A stretch of 63,038 nt of DNA, filler included, from Basidiobolus ranarum (lineage: Eukaryota): assembly GCA_040143965.1 (NCBI GenBank). It is 22 parts of 22 records of this genome, joined end to end, with 100 filler letters (N's around TTAATTAATTAA, not from the genome) between each part and the next. Parts side by side here need not be neighbours in the genome. Positions count along the whole stretch, not along the records: positions 37,388 to 40,156 come from JASJQH010009871.1; positions 40,257 to 43,023 come from JASJQH010009872.1; positions 43,124 to 45,888 come from JASJQH010009873.1; positions 45,989 to 48,752 come from JASJQH010009874.1; positions 48,853 to 51,611 come from JASJQH010009875.1; 17 more parts are not named here. One strand, 5' to 3'. Shown here piece by piece: positions 37,388 to 50,011 of this stretch. Each line of letters begins with the position of its first letter. The first letter of the stretch is position 1. The notes beneath the pieces are model-generated. The model was not told where the DNA came from, searched no databases, and saw nothing but the letters and a program-made list of their open reading frames with translations. The translations under genes were made by a program, and so were the position numbers.

Positions 37388-38331
37388 TGAAATTGATGCT
37401 CCATGTGAAATTGTCAGTATTGCCATATGCTAATCTGATTAACAATTTATCAGCAAAATCAGTGATGGATGTAATGCAATGGGCTAAGGAGACTCCAGAG
37501 TATATTAACCTGCCAACAAAGGGCACTTTTCAGTGTGCTCATGGGTCTTTGCATTGTTTGAGTACAATAACAGCAACAAAGCCCAATCCATGGACACAGA
37601 GTAAGTATCTTTATAACTAATTTGCTTGTGTAATAATCTTATGTTATTCCTATGAATGCTGCCAGACAGACTTCTTGGTGAGATAGATTGAGATATGCAG
37701 TGTTATTCTTTAAGCCATGGGGTATAATATTCAAGCACTGACACATCTACACATGTCAGGCCATTTGTTGACTGCAGCTGGGGATATATTGGCCAAATTC
37801 TTTGTTGAAATTTGCCAAAACCCAAGAGCTTACTCTCATTGTGAATGGTAACAAGAGACAGCTATTTACCAAGTGTCTGTGCTATTCAAAATTTCAGATG
37901 TTTAGCAATTTTTTGACAGTTAGTTTGCTGGTTGAGCATATTGATGTTGTTGAGTTATGTCTGATCAGTCCAGTATATGCATATGTAGAGACTAAACAGA
38001 ACAGGATTCTGGAAATTTTTGATTCCTATTTTGGCTGGAATACAAAGGCTATAATATCTATATAAAGGCTTTCATATTAATTTGAATTCCTACCACAGTA
38101 ACATGCCATTTGCAAATTTATTTTGAAAAAATTGCCAGAGATTAATAATGCATGCCAAATATGAGGATCAATATTTTAAGATGTATAAATACCATCATAA
38201 TACCATCAAGAAACCACCATCAAAATCCCTGGCAGAAAGCAAGCCACTAATATTGTGAAGGTTCTCTGACAGTGTTGCAATCTAGAAGGGTGGATCCAAC
38301 TCAGATCAAATCTATTTTGTTTTTGTTGGGG
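37388..38331 (+). mobile_element. CACTA-family transposase 3' end and right terminus (...TTTTTGTTGGGG)
   Basis: Continues the 8230-8546 sequence; stop at 38065; the subterminal region matches the reverse complement of 44916-45200. Confidence 0.8.
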
Positions 38332-39470
38332 TGTAGCATGCCACAACTGAGGGTGCTTTATGGTGCTTGTGTGGCTTTTTGCTTGCCTTTAAGTTTGGCA
38401 CTAATTTTAACACTTTGAAAAGCACCAGTCAATATTTGAGAGCAGTAAGTTTTATTTGTTGGTGTTTGTGCTTGTTGAGAGGTGCCACATGTTGGATAAA
38501 CTTCCAAATTAAGCACTTGTCCAACTGGTGTAACTGTTTCCATGGTGAAAGTAAGCTTTGTTGCCAGTATATCTGACTCTGGAAATGCAGATCTTTGTAA
38601 TGATTTGAAGAACTTGGTAAGTGGGACACTGGAGCCAAAATGCACTGGCTCCTTTGCTTTTCTCTTGTGTTTACTACGTTCCTGCTCCCGAAGTACTTCA
38701 TTAGCTGCTTTTCTTTCTTTTCCAAGTCAATATTTGAATATATCTTTGAGATGTTGCATGAATAGGCCTATACTAGCCCAATTGCCATTGGCTGGCAAAA
38801 GCCCAGGATAAGCCATATGAAATAATTCTAGCATCTTCAGAGTAACACCAGGTTTTTGATCTTTTCCCAATTGGGTCAAATTGAGGTGATTTGTGGCAAG
38901 ATTCTGCACAGTTTCCAATATGTTAAACCACTCATCATGAGAGCAAGTGAAGGCAGCTTTGACAATCAGAGTCTTTTGGTTTGCTGGTTTTCCTATGAGA
39001 TTTCTACATTCATGTGCCCAAACAATTTTTAGTTGTTGTTTAGGCTTCATGGTCTGACCAATATTGTGCTCTGCTAGATTGTCATGGTGATGTTCATGTA
39101 TATGGTGTGGTATTGATTGAAATCCCATAGGAGAATGGATGGAGTGTGCAGCATGTTGCTGTAGCTCAAGTACAGCATTCTGAAGGTCTTTTATCTTTGT
39201 CAAGTGACTCTCTAACTGTTGACCAGTTGCTTTGGAACACTGAATTAATTACAATATTGTGGCATTATTGCTTTTCATGGCCTGAGAGCAACTTTGTAGT
39301 TTTTACTTATGTTGCATAAAAATCATTATGGTGTTTTTCCATCATATTCCTTATTGTAATAATTCTGTCCAAATTTTCTACAGTGGGTTGTTGTATAGTG
39401 GGCAAAGTAGCCATTTTGCAAGTTGGTGGTCTTGGCAGTGTGTCTGTTAGGTTTTGCTCAACTTATGAGT
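38332..39470 (-). mobile_element. CACTA-family ORF2, central region, decayed
   Basis: WAHECRNLIGKP...CSHDEWFNILETVQNLA...YPGLLPANGNWASIGLFMQHLK matches 62340-62640. Confidence 0.8.
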
Positions 39471-39667
39471 TACTATAGACTTGTACCATTTTATTTTGCT
39501 AGATCAAGCCAGCTAAAAAGTGTGCCAGCACAAATTAGCATGATTGGGCACTATCCAGCACAATGTTATTTACTGTTTTGGAAAAAGTTTATTTTACTTA
39601 TATAGCATATTTAGGAAAAGTTCTTGTAGACAATATTGCACATTCAAAAGATGATGAAAGCTTTATT

Positions 39668-40156
39668 AGTAGTGTCTTAAGTCTAGAGCTCTCAATGGAT
39701 ATCTTTGATCATGAATGTAATGAGAACTAATCAAGATTTTTACTACTTTGCCTAACTTTGATTGAGACATACAAAATGATTTTCCTCTATACTTTCCTGA
39801 CATAATGTTATAACTCTTAAGGAAACCAAAGCAATTTTCTACTCTTGCTCTAAAATGGGAAAAATATCATTATAAAGCTTTTGCCTCTTGGTGTGTATTG
39901 CTCCTCTGGGCCTTTTGTTAGCTGTCAAACATCCTAGCCTTTGGCATTCTTCCCTAATATATGCAAATCAGCCATAGTCTTCTCTTATCTTATCTAAAAT
40001 GCGGGCCGTCCTCTTTCGGGTTCTTCATTGACTGCTTGCTCTTTGTCAAAAATGGGAGAAACATCACGGACTCTTCCCAGCTGGCATTGCTGTCAATGTG
40101 TACTACTAGCTGATGAACCAACTTGTTGGGCTCTTGCCCTTGTTGGAGGTGTTACC
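39668..40156 (-). mobile_element. PIF/Harbinger- or ISL2EU-type (DDE_Tnp_4) transposase C-terminal remnant
   Basis: Manual minus-strand translation across one frameshift: KLYNDIF/SHFRARVENCFGFLKSYNIMSGKYRG, matching the N...S..R..VE..FG.LK motif around the catalytic E. Confidence 0.65.
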
Positions 40157-41835
40157 NNNNNNNNNNNNNNNNNNNNNNNNNNNNNNNNNNNNNNNNNNNN
40201 TTAATTAATTAANNNNNNNNNNNNNNNNNNNNNNNNNNNNNNNNNNNNNNNNNNNNCCCGCCGGCGGCCCGGGGGGGCCGGGCCAGGGGGCTTAATCGAT
40301 TCCAGAAATCGGCTGGGCATTACGCTTATTCCAATGGTTAAATTCTCTTGGCGTAAGCGAGTTTTGTTAATCAAGAATGAGCATATTGCTAATAATGGCT
40401 ACTCATGTGAGTATGAGGAACTTTAAAGTTTAAAAAGCTTGAAACTTGAATGACGGAGACTTTTCTCCTACTTCTTAGTCACTATCGAACTACTTGAGAG
40501 TTTCATAAAAATGCATTGCATTAACTGGGCAAGTTGAGTCCAAGATATTTATCGCATTAGGGTTAGTCAGAAGAAAATAGATAATCTAAATTCTCCATAT
40601 ATAGAGGTATCCAAATGGAAACTATTTATCAGTATAGGTAAAAATGTAGTTACCGACAGTGATGACCATTCAAATGATACGATAATAAATAGATTTCGAC
40701 GACATACGGCATTAAATGATAGCAGAGAAGTCATACAATAAACTGCCTTCAAATTGATTTTCAAAATATTTGCAATACGTTGATTGATTCATTTATTAAA
40801 CTAATACTTAATAAGTTAGAAATATTCAGTGTAGCATTGAAGAGCTCATCTATAGGTGTATGACTACTTATGGTTAATATACTCAGAGTGTTTGGATAGC
40901 GGTGAAAATTGTTCCGGCAGCTTTTAGCAAGAATAACATCATTGCTTCAATATTAAGAAGATACAAAATATGGCACACTTGAGCACAAAATTTCACTTGA
41001 TGTGAGAGCGTGTAAATAGCTAGGTACTCAACTATAATGAGACATCATCATTGGATAATTTGGACCATATTATAAAAGTGAAGCTTTTAGAACTTTCAAT
41101 TGATCAAATCATTATCTTATGCTTACAAACGCTCTTAACAAGCTTCTAAACTAAATACTATTAATACTTGAAAGGGATAATTGAATATGTCACCAAATGC
41201 GCTTTTGTCTGGTTTCCCCACTTTGACTCAGAACTTACTACCAAGTTCTATATAGATATGCTGCATATACAGACATTTTGACACGGTAATATGCTTTTTC
41301 AGGTAAATTATTCCAAAGATATAATTTCAAATATCCTCCAATCTGCTCATTAGTACCATAGAAGCTAGACTCTATTGTTCAAGCCTATACTGTTGAAAAT
41401 ATATGAGGTGAAATAATTGAAGAAATATGTGAGTTGACTTGATTCTTTCCAAATCAAATAAAGCATGTTTATACTATAGACTCGCCAAGTGTCAGCTTAA
41501 TTAGTGGAGAAGATATGACTCGCAGTGCTTCAATAACGTTGTTTCTTTGAGTGTTGCACTTCTATTGTTTGTAGAGCCCAGATATAGAGATGATGCTCCT
41601 GTGTAGAACTGGAACATAATAGGTTGCCAACAAAAGCACCTCAAAATTCATCTTGAGAACAGTTGAAAAAAGTATTAGGAATAGAATTATTGAAATTGCC
41701 ACAAATGATGGCTAATCAAAAGTCAAGTGGTTCGCTTGGTAAACTGAGAGTGTATGAGGTATGCCTCTTGACAAAGATTACACTCTACTATTATCCGCAT
41801 TAAAATCCAGTTGGATTACACTAGCATACTTAATT

Positions 41836-43023
41836 GTTGAAGTATTTTGGCAGTTTGTTGGAAGTGTTTCGGAGAGCTAGGAGAATTGGTGGTTTTCACT
41901 TATTGAGTTGCCCTTTATAGTTGGGCAGACAAAAAAGCATGTAGAATGTGTTACAAAAGGTCTTAGGAACATGTGGGCAAAGCTCAGAGCCTCTAGGACA
42001 TGTTAGAAAGTTATATATATCAGATCTTCGAAGTATTTTCCTCTAGAGAATAATGACTGATATCTTGGTGAAATACAAAATAGATAAATACTAAGCTATA
42101 TATGAATGCTTAGGCTATGCTAATCTCACCAATAACTGATTTACTTACATTTACTCAATGCATTAATTTAATATTCGTCACATTGTCAAAGCAGAGCCCA
42201 AATATCAGTCTTTCATACTATGAAAGCAATTGTGCTACTCTTAGTGAATTTATACATGCCTCTACTCGTCATAAAGAGTCACTCATATTAGAGCTCAATG
42301 TACTCTTGGCACTAAATGTATGTTAGAGTATTTTGGGAGCCTGTTAGAAGTGGTTTGGGGAACTATAGAAATTGGTGGCTTTCACTTAGTGATTTATTTG
42401 TTGAAATTAGCATTGCCGATACACCTGTATAGTCATATACAGCTTGGTACTTAGTTATCTTATATTTCACTAAGATATTACCCATTATTCTAAGGCAGAA
42501 TTTACTTAGAAGTTCTCAGATATATAGATTTTTCAAACTTGTGCTAGAAGCCCCACACTTTGCACACATGTTCCTGGGTTCCTCCTAAACACATTTTACA
42601 TGCTAGCTTGCCTACATATTGACAAAACTATAAATGTCAACTTTCAACTCAAGAAATCAATAAGTTAAAACCACCAACTTCTCTGCTTTTCCAAACCACT
42701 TCCAACAAGCTCCCAAATACTTTAACATTATTGAGTATTCAGTTGATATTTATAATTTTGTCAAGATGTAAGCAAGCTAACATGTAATATGCGTTTAGGA
42801 AGATCTCAGGAACATGTGTGCAAAGTTGGGGGCTTCTAGCACAAGTTTGAAAAGTCTATATATATCTAAGAACTTCTAAGTGTTGAAATTAGCATTGCCT
42901 AAACACCTATATAGTCATATATACCTTAGTACTTAGTTATCTTATAACTCACTAAGATATTATCAATTCATCTCAATTGGAATTTACTTAGAATATTTTT
43001 ACCAACTTAGAAGTTCTCAGATA
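41836..43023. mobile_element. Cluster of nested and inverted Copia LTR-B copies (TGTTGAAATTAGC...CCCAAATACTTTAACA)
   Basis: At least five pieces in alternating orientation; the same family occurs at 56395-56900 and 59080-60165. Confidence 0.8.
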
Positions 43024-43199
43024 NNNNNNNNNNNNNNNNNNNNNNNNNNNNNNNNNNNNNNNNNNNNTTAATTAATTAANNNNNNNNNNNNNNNNNNNNN
43101 NNNNNNNNNNNNNNNNNNNNNNNTCAAAAGAAAAAGCATTCCTGTGGACCCTTCACCCAAGCTTCTGCCTACGAGAGTGCCCAATACAATGCCAGAAGT

Positions 43200-43405
43200 T
43201 GTAGTAGCTTAACTGCAAAGTTCAAGATCAATTTGAATTAAAAATAGCCCCAGTGACTATATCAATGAGTCCCAAAGTTAAACACAACTTTAATGGCAAT
43301 ATCAAAAGGTACAAGGCTAGACTAGCAGCCAAAAGCTATTCTCAACTCCAGGAATAGTTTATAGAGAAAGATTTGCTCCTGTAGTGAATTTTGATTCATT
43401 TAGAT
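43200..43405 (+). mobile_element. Copia reverse-transcriptase remnant
   Basis: GNIKRYKARLAAKSYSQ and FAPVVNFDSFR (RVT_2 motifs). Confidence 0.75.
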
Positions 43406-43900
43406 CTTTAACTGATATTTGAAGGATGTTATTATAAGAAAACCATAACAATTTTGATACATTTCAGATTGAATGTTTACTAACTGTCATAAAACTAACA
43501 AGTTAGATTTGACTTTAATCTATTTTTCCAGTTTCAAGAGTGAAATTCAAAATGTCGCAAAATAGTTGCACATGATTGTCTACAATTGCAGAGAACTATA
43601 GAACAAGACATGTGCAAAAAATGTAACTCAAATTTACATGTTACCTTGTGTACACTAATTTGTTACCTTGAAAATCTTTAGTCTCTTTGATATATTCTGC
43701 TGAATATGTTCGTAGGGTTCTTCTTACCCAAGGTTTAGCTCATAATCAACACCAGTTTGTAACAACATCTCCATCAAAGCCCACCATTGTATTAGCATTG
43801 CTGCATCAACATTCTTCCAGCTATGTGGCAGATACCCTGTAATAATTTGCCACTCTGTATTTAGTTTAGCCAATGCATACCACAGCACATTGAACTCAAG
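43406..43900 (-). mobile_element. CACTA-family left terminus (degenerate CTTTAACTGATATTTG) and ORF2 3' end
   Basis: WKNVDAAMLIQWWALMEML matches the ORF2 tail at 60480-60560; the subterminal region matches 54330-54469. Confidence 0.75.
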
Positions 43901-44639
43901 TCCCCAACACATGCTGGCCAAAGGAGAGGAACTGCAGCAGGATCAAACCAATCAGCCCAGTGCAGAGGTTCAAGCAAAGTTCCTTCATGGAAATATCAAG
44001 GAGACAACAAAAATTACAGAAGTGAATCAGCTGTGCTGCTTTAAACCTGGGCAACTGCTGAATGTTCTTGTTAATACTTGCATTATCCTATCTTAACTGT
44101 TTAGTGCATCTTGCAAAATCAATATGGATTGCAGTTAAATGGTGCATAAATTTGTTTAGTTGGATCATGATTGCTTATGTGTGAACAAGAGACAAATGAT
44201 TGGCTTAAATACATATGAATGTCTTGGTGATACATTTGATTGGGTAAGTTATAGCACAAATGGATTTTTGTTACACCTTCAGTAATTGATAAGTTACAGA
44301 CTAGGGGATGTACTTTCTTGGTTACTAACCCAAAATCTTAATTTGGCAATACTAAATTGAGTAACTTGATAGGAGTTGCCACAATATCTCCGAAAAAAGC
44401 ATTGTGCCCAATTTTTGCGGGATTGTGCCATATTGTTCCTTATAGTGTCTGATCAAGCGTCTTAGGACCTAGCAATAGTAATTGACAGATCATGCCAGTT
44501 GGTGTGATAGCTGGCTGGATCAAGTAGCATGATCTGACCTGGTCAGGTGGAACAAGTCTAATGTTGAAGTATATTGGACTTGTCCCATTGTGCCAGGAGT
44601 TATTGGACCAATCTGGGATTATCATAGAGAACAATTCCA

Positions 44640-44810
44640 TTCTCCACAATTATCAGTATCTATTTTCTTGACTTTAGCTCCAGTTTTGGTCTCCACAACT
44701 ATTTTAAAATCTCTAAAGATAGAGAAATCTTCTTCTTTTCTTTCCATGCAGTAAACCCAACTGTATCTTGTATAATAAGCAATAAATGGGATGAAACATT
44801 TTTTGTGCCT
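44640..44810 (-). mobile_element. Copia integrase core remnant
   Basis: YTRYSWVYCMERKEEDFSIFRDFKIVVETKTGAKVKKIDTDNCGE. Confidence 0.75.
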
Positions 44811-44820
44811 AAAGTTAAAC

Positions 44821-45762
44821 CACTACAAAGAAAAAATCAATTCAATCCGGATTGAATCCACCCTTCTAGATTGCAATACCATCGGAGAGACACTACAATA
44901 TTGGTGTCTTGCATTCACTAACAAAATTAAAATTGATTTGATGTGGATTGGATCCACCCTTCTGGATTGCAATACTGTCATGAGCCATCATAATATTGGT
45001 GGCTTGCATTCTGCCAGGGATTTTAATGGTTTCACAGTGGTTTCTTAATGGTATTTTGACAGTATTCATAACTGTTGAAATATTGATCCTCATATTTGGC
45101 ATGTGTTATTTAAATTCTGGCAATATTTGCAAAAATCCAATTTTCAAATGGCAAATTAATGGGTTTACTACTGTTAGAATTTGAATTAATATGCATGCCT
45201 CTATTTAGATGTTTCAGACTTTGTATTCCAACCATAATGAGAATTAAAAAATACCAGAATCTCCTTATGTTTAGGCTCCACACATGCACATACTTGACTG
45301 ATCAGACATAACCCAACAACATTAATATGCTTTACCAGCAAACTAATGGTGGAAAAATTGCTAAACATCTGTAATTTTGAACGGTATTGACACTTTGCAA
45401 ATAGCTGACTCATTTACCAATGCACAATTAGAATAAGCTCTTGGGTTTTGGCAAATTACCGTAAAGAATTCAGCCAAAATATCCCCACCTTGCAGTTAAA
45501 GAATGTCCTGCCTAAAGTAGATGTGTCATTGCTTGAATAGATTACCTCATGGATCAAATGATAATACTACATATTGCAATCGGTCTCACCAAGAAGTCTG
45601 TCTTCCAGCTTTCCTAGAAATACCATCTGATTACCACACAAATAAATTAGTCTAAATTATAGAGGTACTTGTTCTGAGTCCAGGGATTGGGTTTTGTTGC
45701 TGTTATTGTGGTCAAACAATACAAAAACCTGTGACCACACTGAAAAGAGCATTCTGTTGAAA
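44821..45762 (-). mobile_element. CACTA-family right end: TIR CACTACAAAGAAAA (44821), a second TIR copy CACTAACAAAA (44916), and the transposase 3' end
   Basis: Literal CACTA termini downstream of the minus-strand transposase C-terminus (45201-45413). Confidence 0.85.
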
Positions 45763-45988
45763 GTTTAACAAGCTTTGGATATTGGGAAAATATGGGCTGT
45801 TTGGAGGAACTTTAGAAAAGTGGAGTTGTGAATAGCTTTGTGAGATAATTATTTATTGACCAGAAATTAAGCATTTATACATTTTGGTNNNNNNNNNNNN
45901 NNNNNNNNNNNNNNNNNNNNNNNNNNNNNNNNTTAATTAATTAANNNNNNNNNNNNNNNNNNNNNNNNNNNNNNNNNNNNNNNNNNNN

Positions 45989-48752
45989 GATAACTGATAA
46001 ATGATCATACTCATAATCCTGATTGGGGGGGAATACTGAGATACTGGTAGTGCTAATATATTGTTAATACTAACATATTGATAATTCTGAATATTGCATC
46101 ACTTAACTGAAACTTAAGCTACTAAGATTTGTGAATCAATACATTCTCTCTCACTAGGAATTAGATAGCCCTCTTGTGGTTCCAACATTTGGATCATCCT
46201 CTCTAAGTTTGTTAATATAAGTCTTCTTTGGTGACTCCTAGTCAGAGTCCTTGCAATTAGTTGTGAGTTCATAGTGTTGCCAAAACAAGTCTTCAATCTG
46301 GAAGCACTGGCTTTGGATCTGGCTTTTGCTTCATATCTGTCCTGAGTAAGCTTCTTCTTTGCTTTGGTTAGGCCAAGTTGATTGTCCAAAAGGCTGGTAA
46401 GTCTTGGTAGCAATATGTCTCCTGCTATCTTTGGGTCACATCCAAAGATTAAGTAGAAAGTGGTCTTCTGGTTGAAGTGAGGTAAATGGTAACTCTACAT
46501 TTAGTAGTTAGTTTATTCATCTTCTGTTTATTCAGCACTTGATTCTGACAGTTAGAAATGTATGCTTATTGCATCAATTGTAGATATATTAATTGGAACA
46601 CTTATACCAATTTTCACTATTTTCTCAACATTTCTCCAAATCATCTCAAGATTTCACCAATGCTTTGCAGGCATGGTCGCTACAATCTAAGCTTGTCCAA
46701 TACTTCTGTCTTGTATTAAACTATATATAGGACATGTTTAATATAATAAATCCAAAGTCTCTAATTCACAAACTCAAATTGTATCCAAAATAGCTATAAA
46801 TACCATAAACACTTTTATCACTTCTGAGTTGTACAGTTTACCCTGAAATAGTAGGCCACTAAGGCCCAATCAATATACTTACCCCACTTGTATGTTGCTC
46901 CATAGGCAAAGTTGGATTACATCTTGCCAAGTAGTCCATTCAATTTTTGGGTGACTCCATTTGTTCTTGGATGATAGGCAGAGGTCTTCAAATGTATACT
47001 ATGTGAGGTTCTAAATAGGCTTCAAGTGTCTTTGCCAAAAAGTTGGCTCCGCTGTGTGAACAGATATCTATAGGACACCCAAACTACATAAAAATCTTGT
47101 GGTATATGAAACTTGCAGCTTCTTCTTCACTGGCAATTGGTACTGCTTTGGTAACTGGCTACTCAGTTGCATTGTCCAAGGCAACTTGAATCCATTGGTT
47201 GCTTCTTCTAGTTGTGGGTACTCTTCCTATGAAGTCATTTCCTCATCTTTCAAATGGTTCTGCAGTCAACATGATTGTGTGACCTTCTATGACTAACCAA
47301 TAGATTTTTATATGACTCCTAACTCATACTGGTTGATGTCCAGATTAATAAAACTGATGCTATTGATATTATTGATTTGGAAATAATACTGAAATACTTA
47401 TAGTACTGACATACTAATATATTGATAATACTAAATGTTGCACAACTTACCTGATACTTAGGCTGCCATGAATTAGCAAGTCATTACACACTTGAATTAT
47501 GACCAATTCTAACACATCAATGAGTGATCTTGTCATCTCAACAAGATATTTCTCAACATTTTTGGCATTTCCAACCCCAAATTAAAAGAGTTGTATAAAC
47601 TGTAACAATACAGAACTATAGTAACAATCCCAATTAACTATTTGTCCATTTTCTACCAGCAAGTTGTTGTTCCCCAACTTGCCTAAGATCTATGTGATGC
47701 TTAAGGGCATATTCATCTGGTTTGTGGCTAAGTTTGTGATTGGACAGGGTGGATACTAAACAATAATAGAATAGAAGTGTAACTATCAAAGGTTACTTTT
47801 TGTAGAACAGCTTCTCTAAGACAGTGGGAAGCCCTATTCAAATAAAAGTCATCTGATTCAATCAGCAGGTTACTCATCATCTGATAACTAGTGCTTATGG
47901 CATGAATACACTTTGGATTTGATCCCATAAAATAACTCATCTATTACCCAGATATAGAATCTAATTGTAACTGAACATAACACTAATGGGAATTGTAATC
48001 TAATCAAATTTTCATAGCAACTATGTCTTAATATTTGGCTTAATTCAAGGAAAATGTAGCTGAAAGGTATTTGCAAGCATTGGGAAGAACATGACAACTG
48101 AGAATTCTGTTTTTCTCAAATCAAAGTTGGAAGCCATTGCAACACTTGCACAGTACACAGCAAGGATACTCAAAGAATTAGCCCAAAACTTTAGAATATA
48201 TAGAAGTGAAAAAGGTGCAGAATATTTTGCTAAAGACTTTGCTAGTTTTTGATGAGAGTGTTTAGGGGATTTGGAAGTATTTTAGACAAGTCTTGGATTT
48301 GTAAATCAAACACTAGGGTTTAATTGAATAGGTCCTATATAACATTGACCAAAAAATATGACTATTAGCTGTGCTTAGATTGTAGCAAACATGCCTGTAT
48401 AGCATTGGGGAAAATTAGAGGTGAATTTGAGTAGTTTTGGAAAAATAGTGAAAATTGATAGAGCAATCTAATTGATATTTTTATCAATTAAAGCAATTAA
48501 CACATGTTTTTGACTGGCAGGTTGAGTGCTAAAAGGTCTTAATATAAGTATGCCAACTACTAAATAATGAGTTGCTATTTTCCTGACACAAACATTCCCA
48601 CTCAACTAAGTATTTTGAATTTCTTTTAAACCCAACTGGCTTCTAAATAATTCAAATTGAACTTTAGCTAAGGATTTGGATACAATGTCAGCAATCATTT
48701 CTGCAGTAGGGTAATAGACAGGTTCTAATATATCATTCTTTACTGCCTTGCT
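45989..48752. mobile_element. Mosaic of decayed Gypsy and Copia fragments with LTR-A copies (about 46490-46790 and 48260-48590)
   Basis: LTR-A homology to 31648-31960; rve-like FRIYRSEKGAEYF (about 48190-48250); RNase H tail YYPTAEMIADIVSKSL with PPT TTGAGTGGGAA on the minus strand. Confidence 0.7.
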
Positions 48753-50011
48753 NNNNNNNNNNNNNNNNNNNNNNNNNNNNNNNNNNNNNNNNNNNNTTAA
48801 TTAATTAANNNNNNNNNNNNNNNNNNNNNNNNNNNNNNNNNNNNNNNNNNNNTAAAGCGCCTGTAGCCTAGTGAGTAATTCTTATCAATATCATTGCACT
48901 CAAAGGTAGTCTACGGACACTGGGAAGAGACTGCTTTCATAGGCCCATCCTGAAGGCTTTACATGGAGCAGTTTCAATTGCTAGGAACATGTCACCTTTC
49001 AAATTGGTCTCGCACTTTCTATTTCCTAACACTACTAGACTTGCTGATTTTTCATTCACATCTTTGGCCATAAAAAGAATCAGAAGCCACTCGAAAGTAA
49101 AGCCGATGAGAAAATCACCGAAAGCAGACAAAAACATTCTATTTACCGTTGTTAATGGCACACATCTCCGAAGACTAGGCCAAAGATCCATCGTTTGGGG
49201 TAGAAAGAGTTGCTTGTAATATGAGGTTGCCTAGTCAGATCTTATGCACTCATGCATGGCTAACAGATAGTCACTATCATGTCCCTCAAGTGTAGTGGTA
49301 GTGGGCCTGTTAGTATTCAGGCGTGGAATTGGTCCCAGAGACACTGAATGGAATGGGCTCAAAACATCGATGTCATATTTAGATCAATGCCTGGTTGGAA
49401 CACCACATGAAACATCCCATCATTAAATGAATATCGTTCATGCCACTCAATCAAGAGCTTATTTTAAGATCGGGTGGTTTACAATCCCATATATATGTTG
49501 GAGGTTTCGAGCTAGATCACAATTGTACAGAAAATAAGCTTCTTTGGATCTATATTTGGCTAAGTCTGGTAATTACCGAATCGAGTGAACCAACGCTCAG
49601 ATATATATATATATAGCCGCAGTACTTCATGGTAGGTGTTGCATGTAGGTAGAATTGGAATGGAAAGCCCCCCGCAGATCAATAGATTCGGAATACTAAG
49701 ATCTTCAAGGGCTATGTTGACATTGGAATTCGATGAAGTCATCTGATCTTCATTCCAGTCTAGACAAGCTACATATAATATAATACCCCCTTTATTTAAA
49801 GGGATTTTAAGCATTGCAATAAATCCATAGAATGTTGATAGTTCAAAAGGAATTTCCAAAATCAGTCACATCGTATCGGTGAATGTTGACGAAACTTTAT
49901 ATAAGGTCATCATCTTTCGTTGTCTCCACCATCATCACGAACTACTTCCTAGATCCACCTTTGATTTTATTCCTTTCAAATCAAGTATCCATCTCCAATC
50001 AGTACATAAAC

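Noticed and set aside
37388-39470. Tail-to-tail transposase/ORF2 arrangement as evidence of a circular intermediate
   Set aside because: A TIR at 38331 abuts ORF2-internal sequence and not the other TIR, so a nested insertion explains it.
40257-40295. Very GC-rich run at the contig start
   Set aside because: Looks like low-quality read-end sequence.
40300-41830. Possible decayed coding region
   Set aside because: No interpretable motif in the frames I translated.
48856-48890. tRNA-like start GCGCCTGTAGCCTAGTG
   Set aside because: No T-loop (GTTCRA) or acceptor-stem partner at the right distance.
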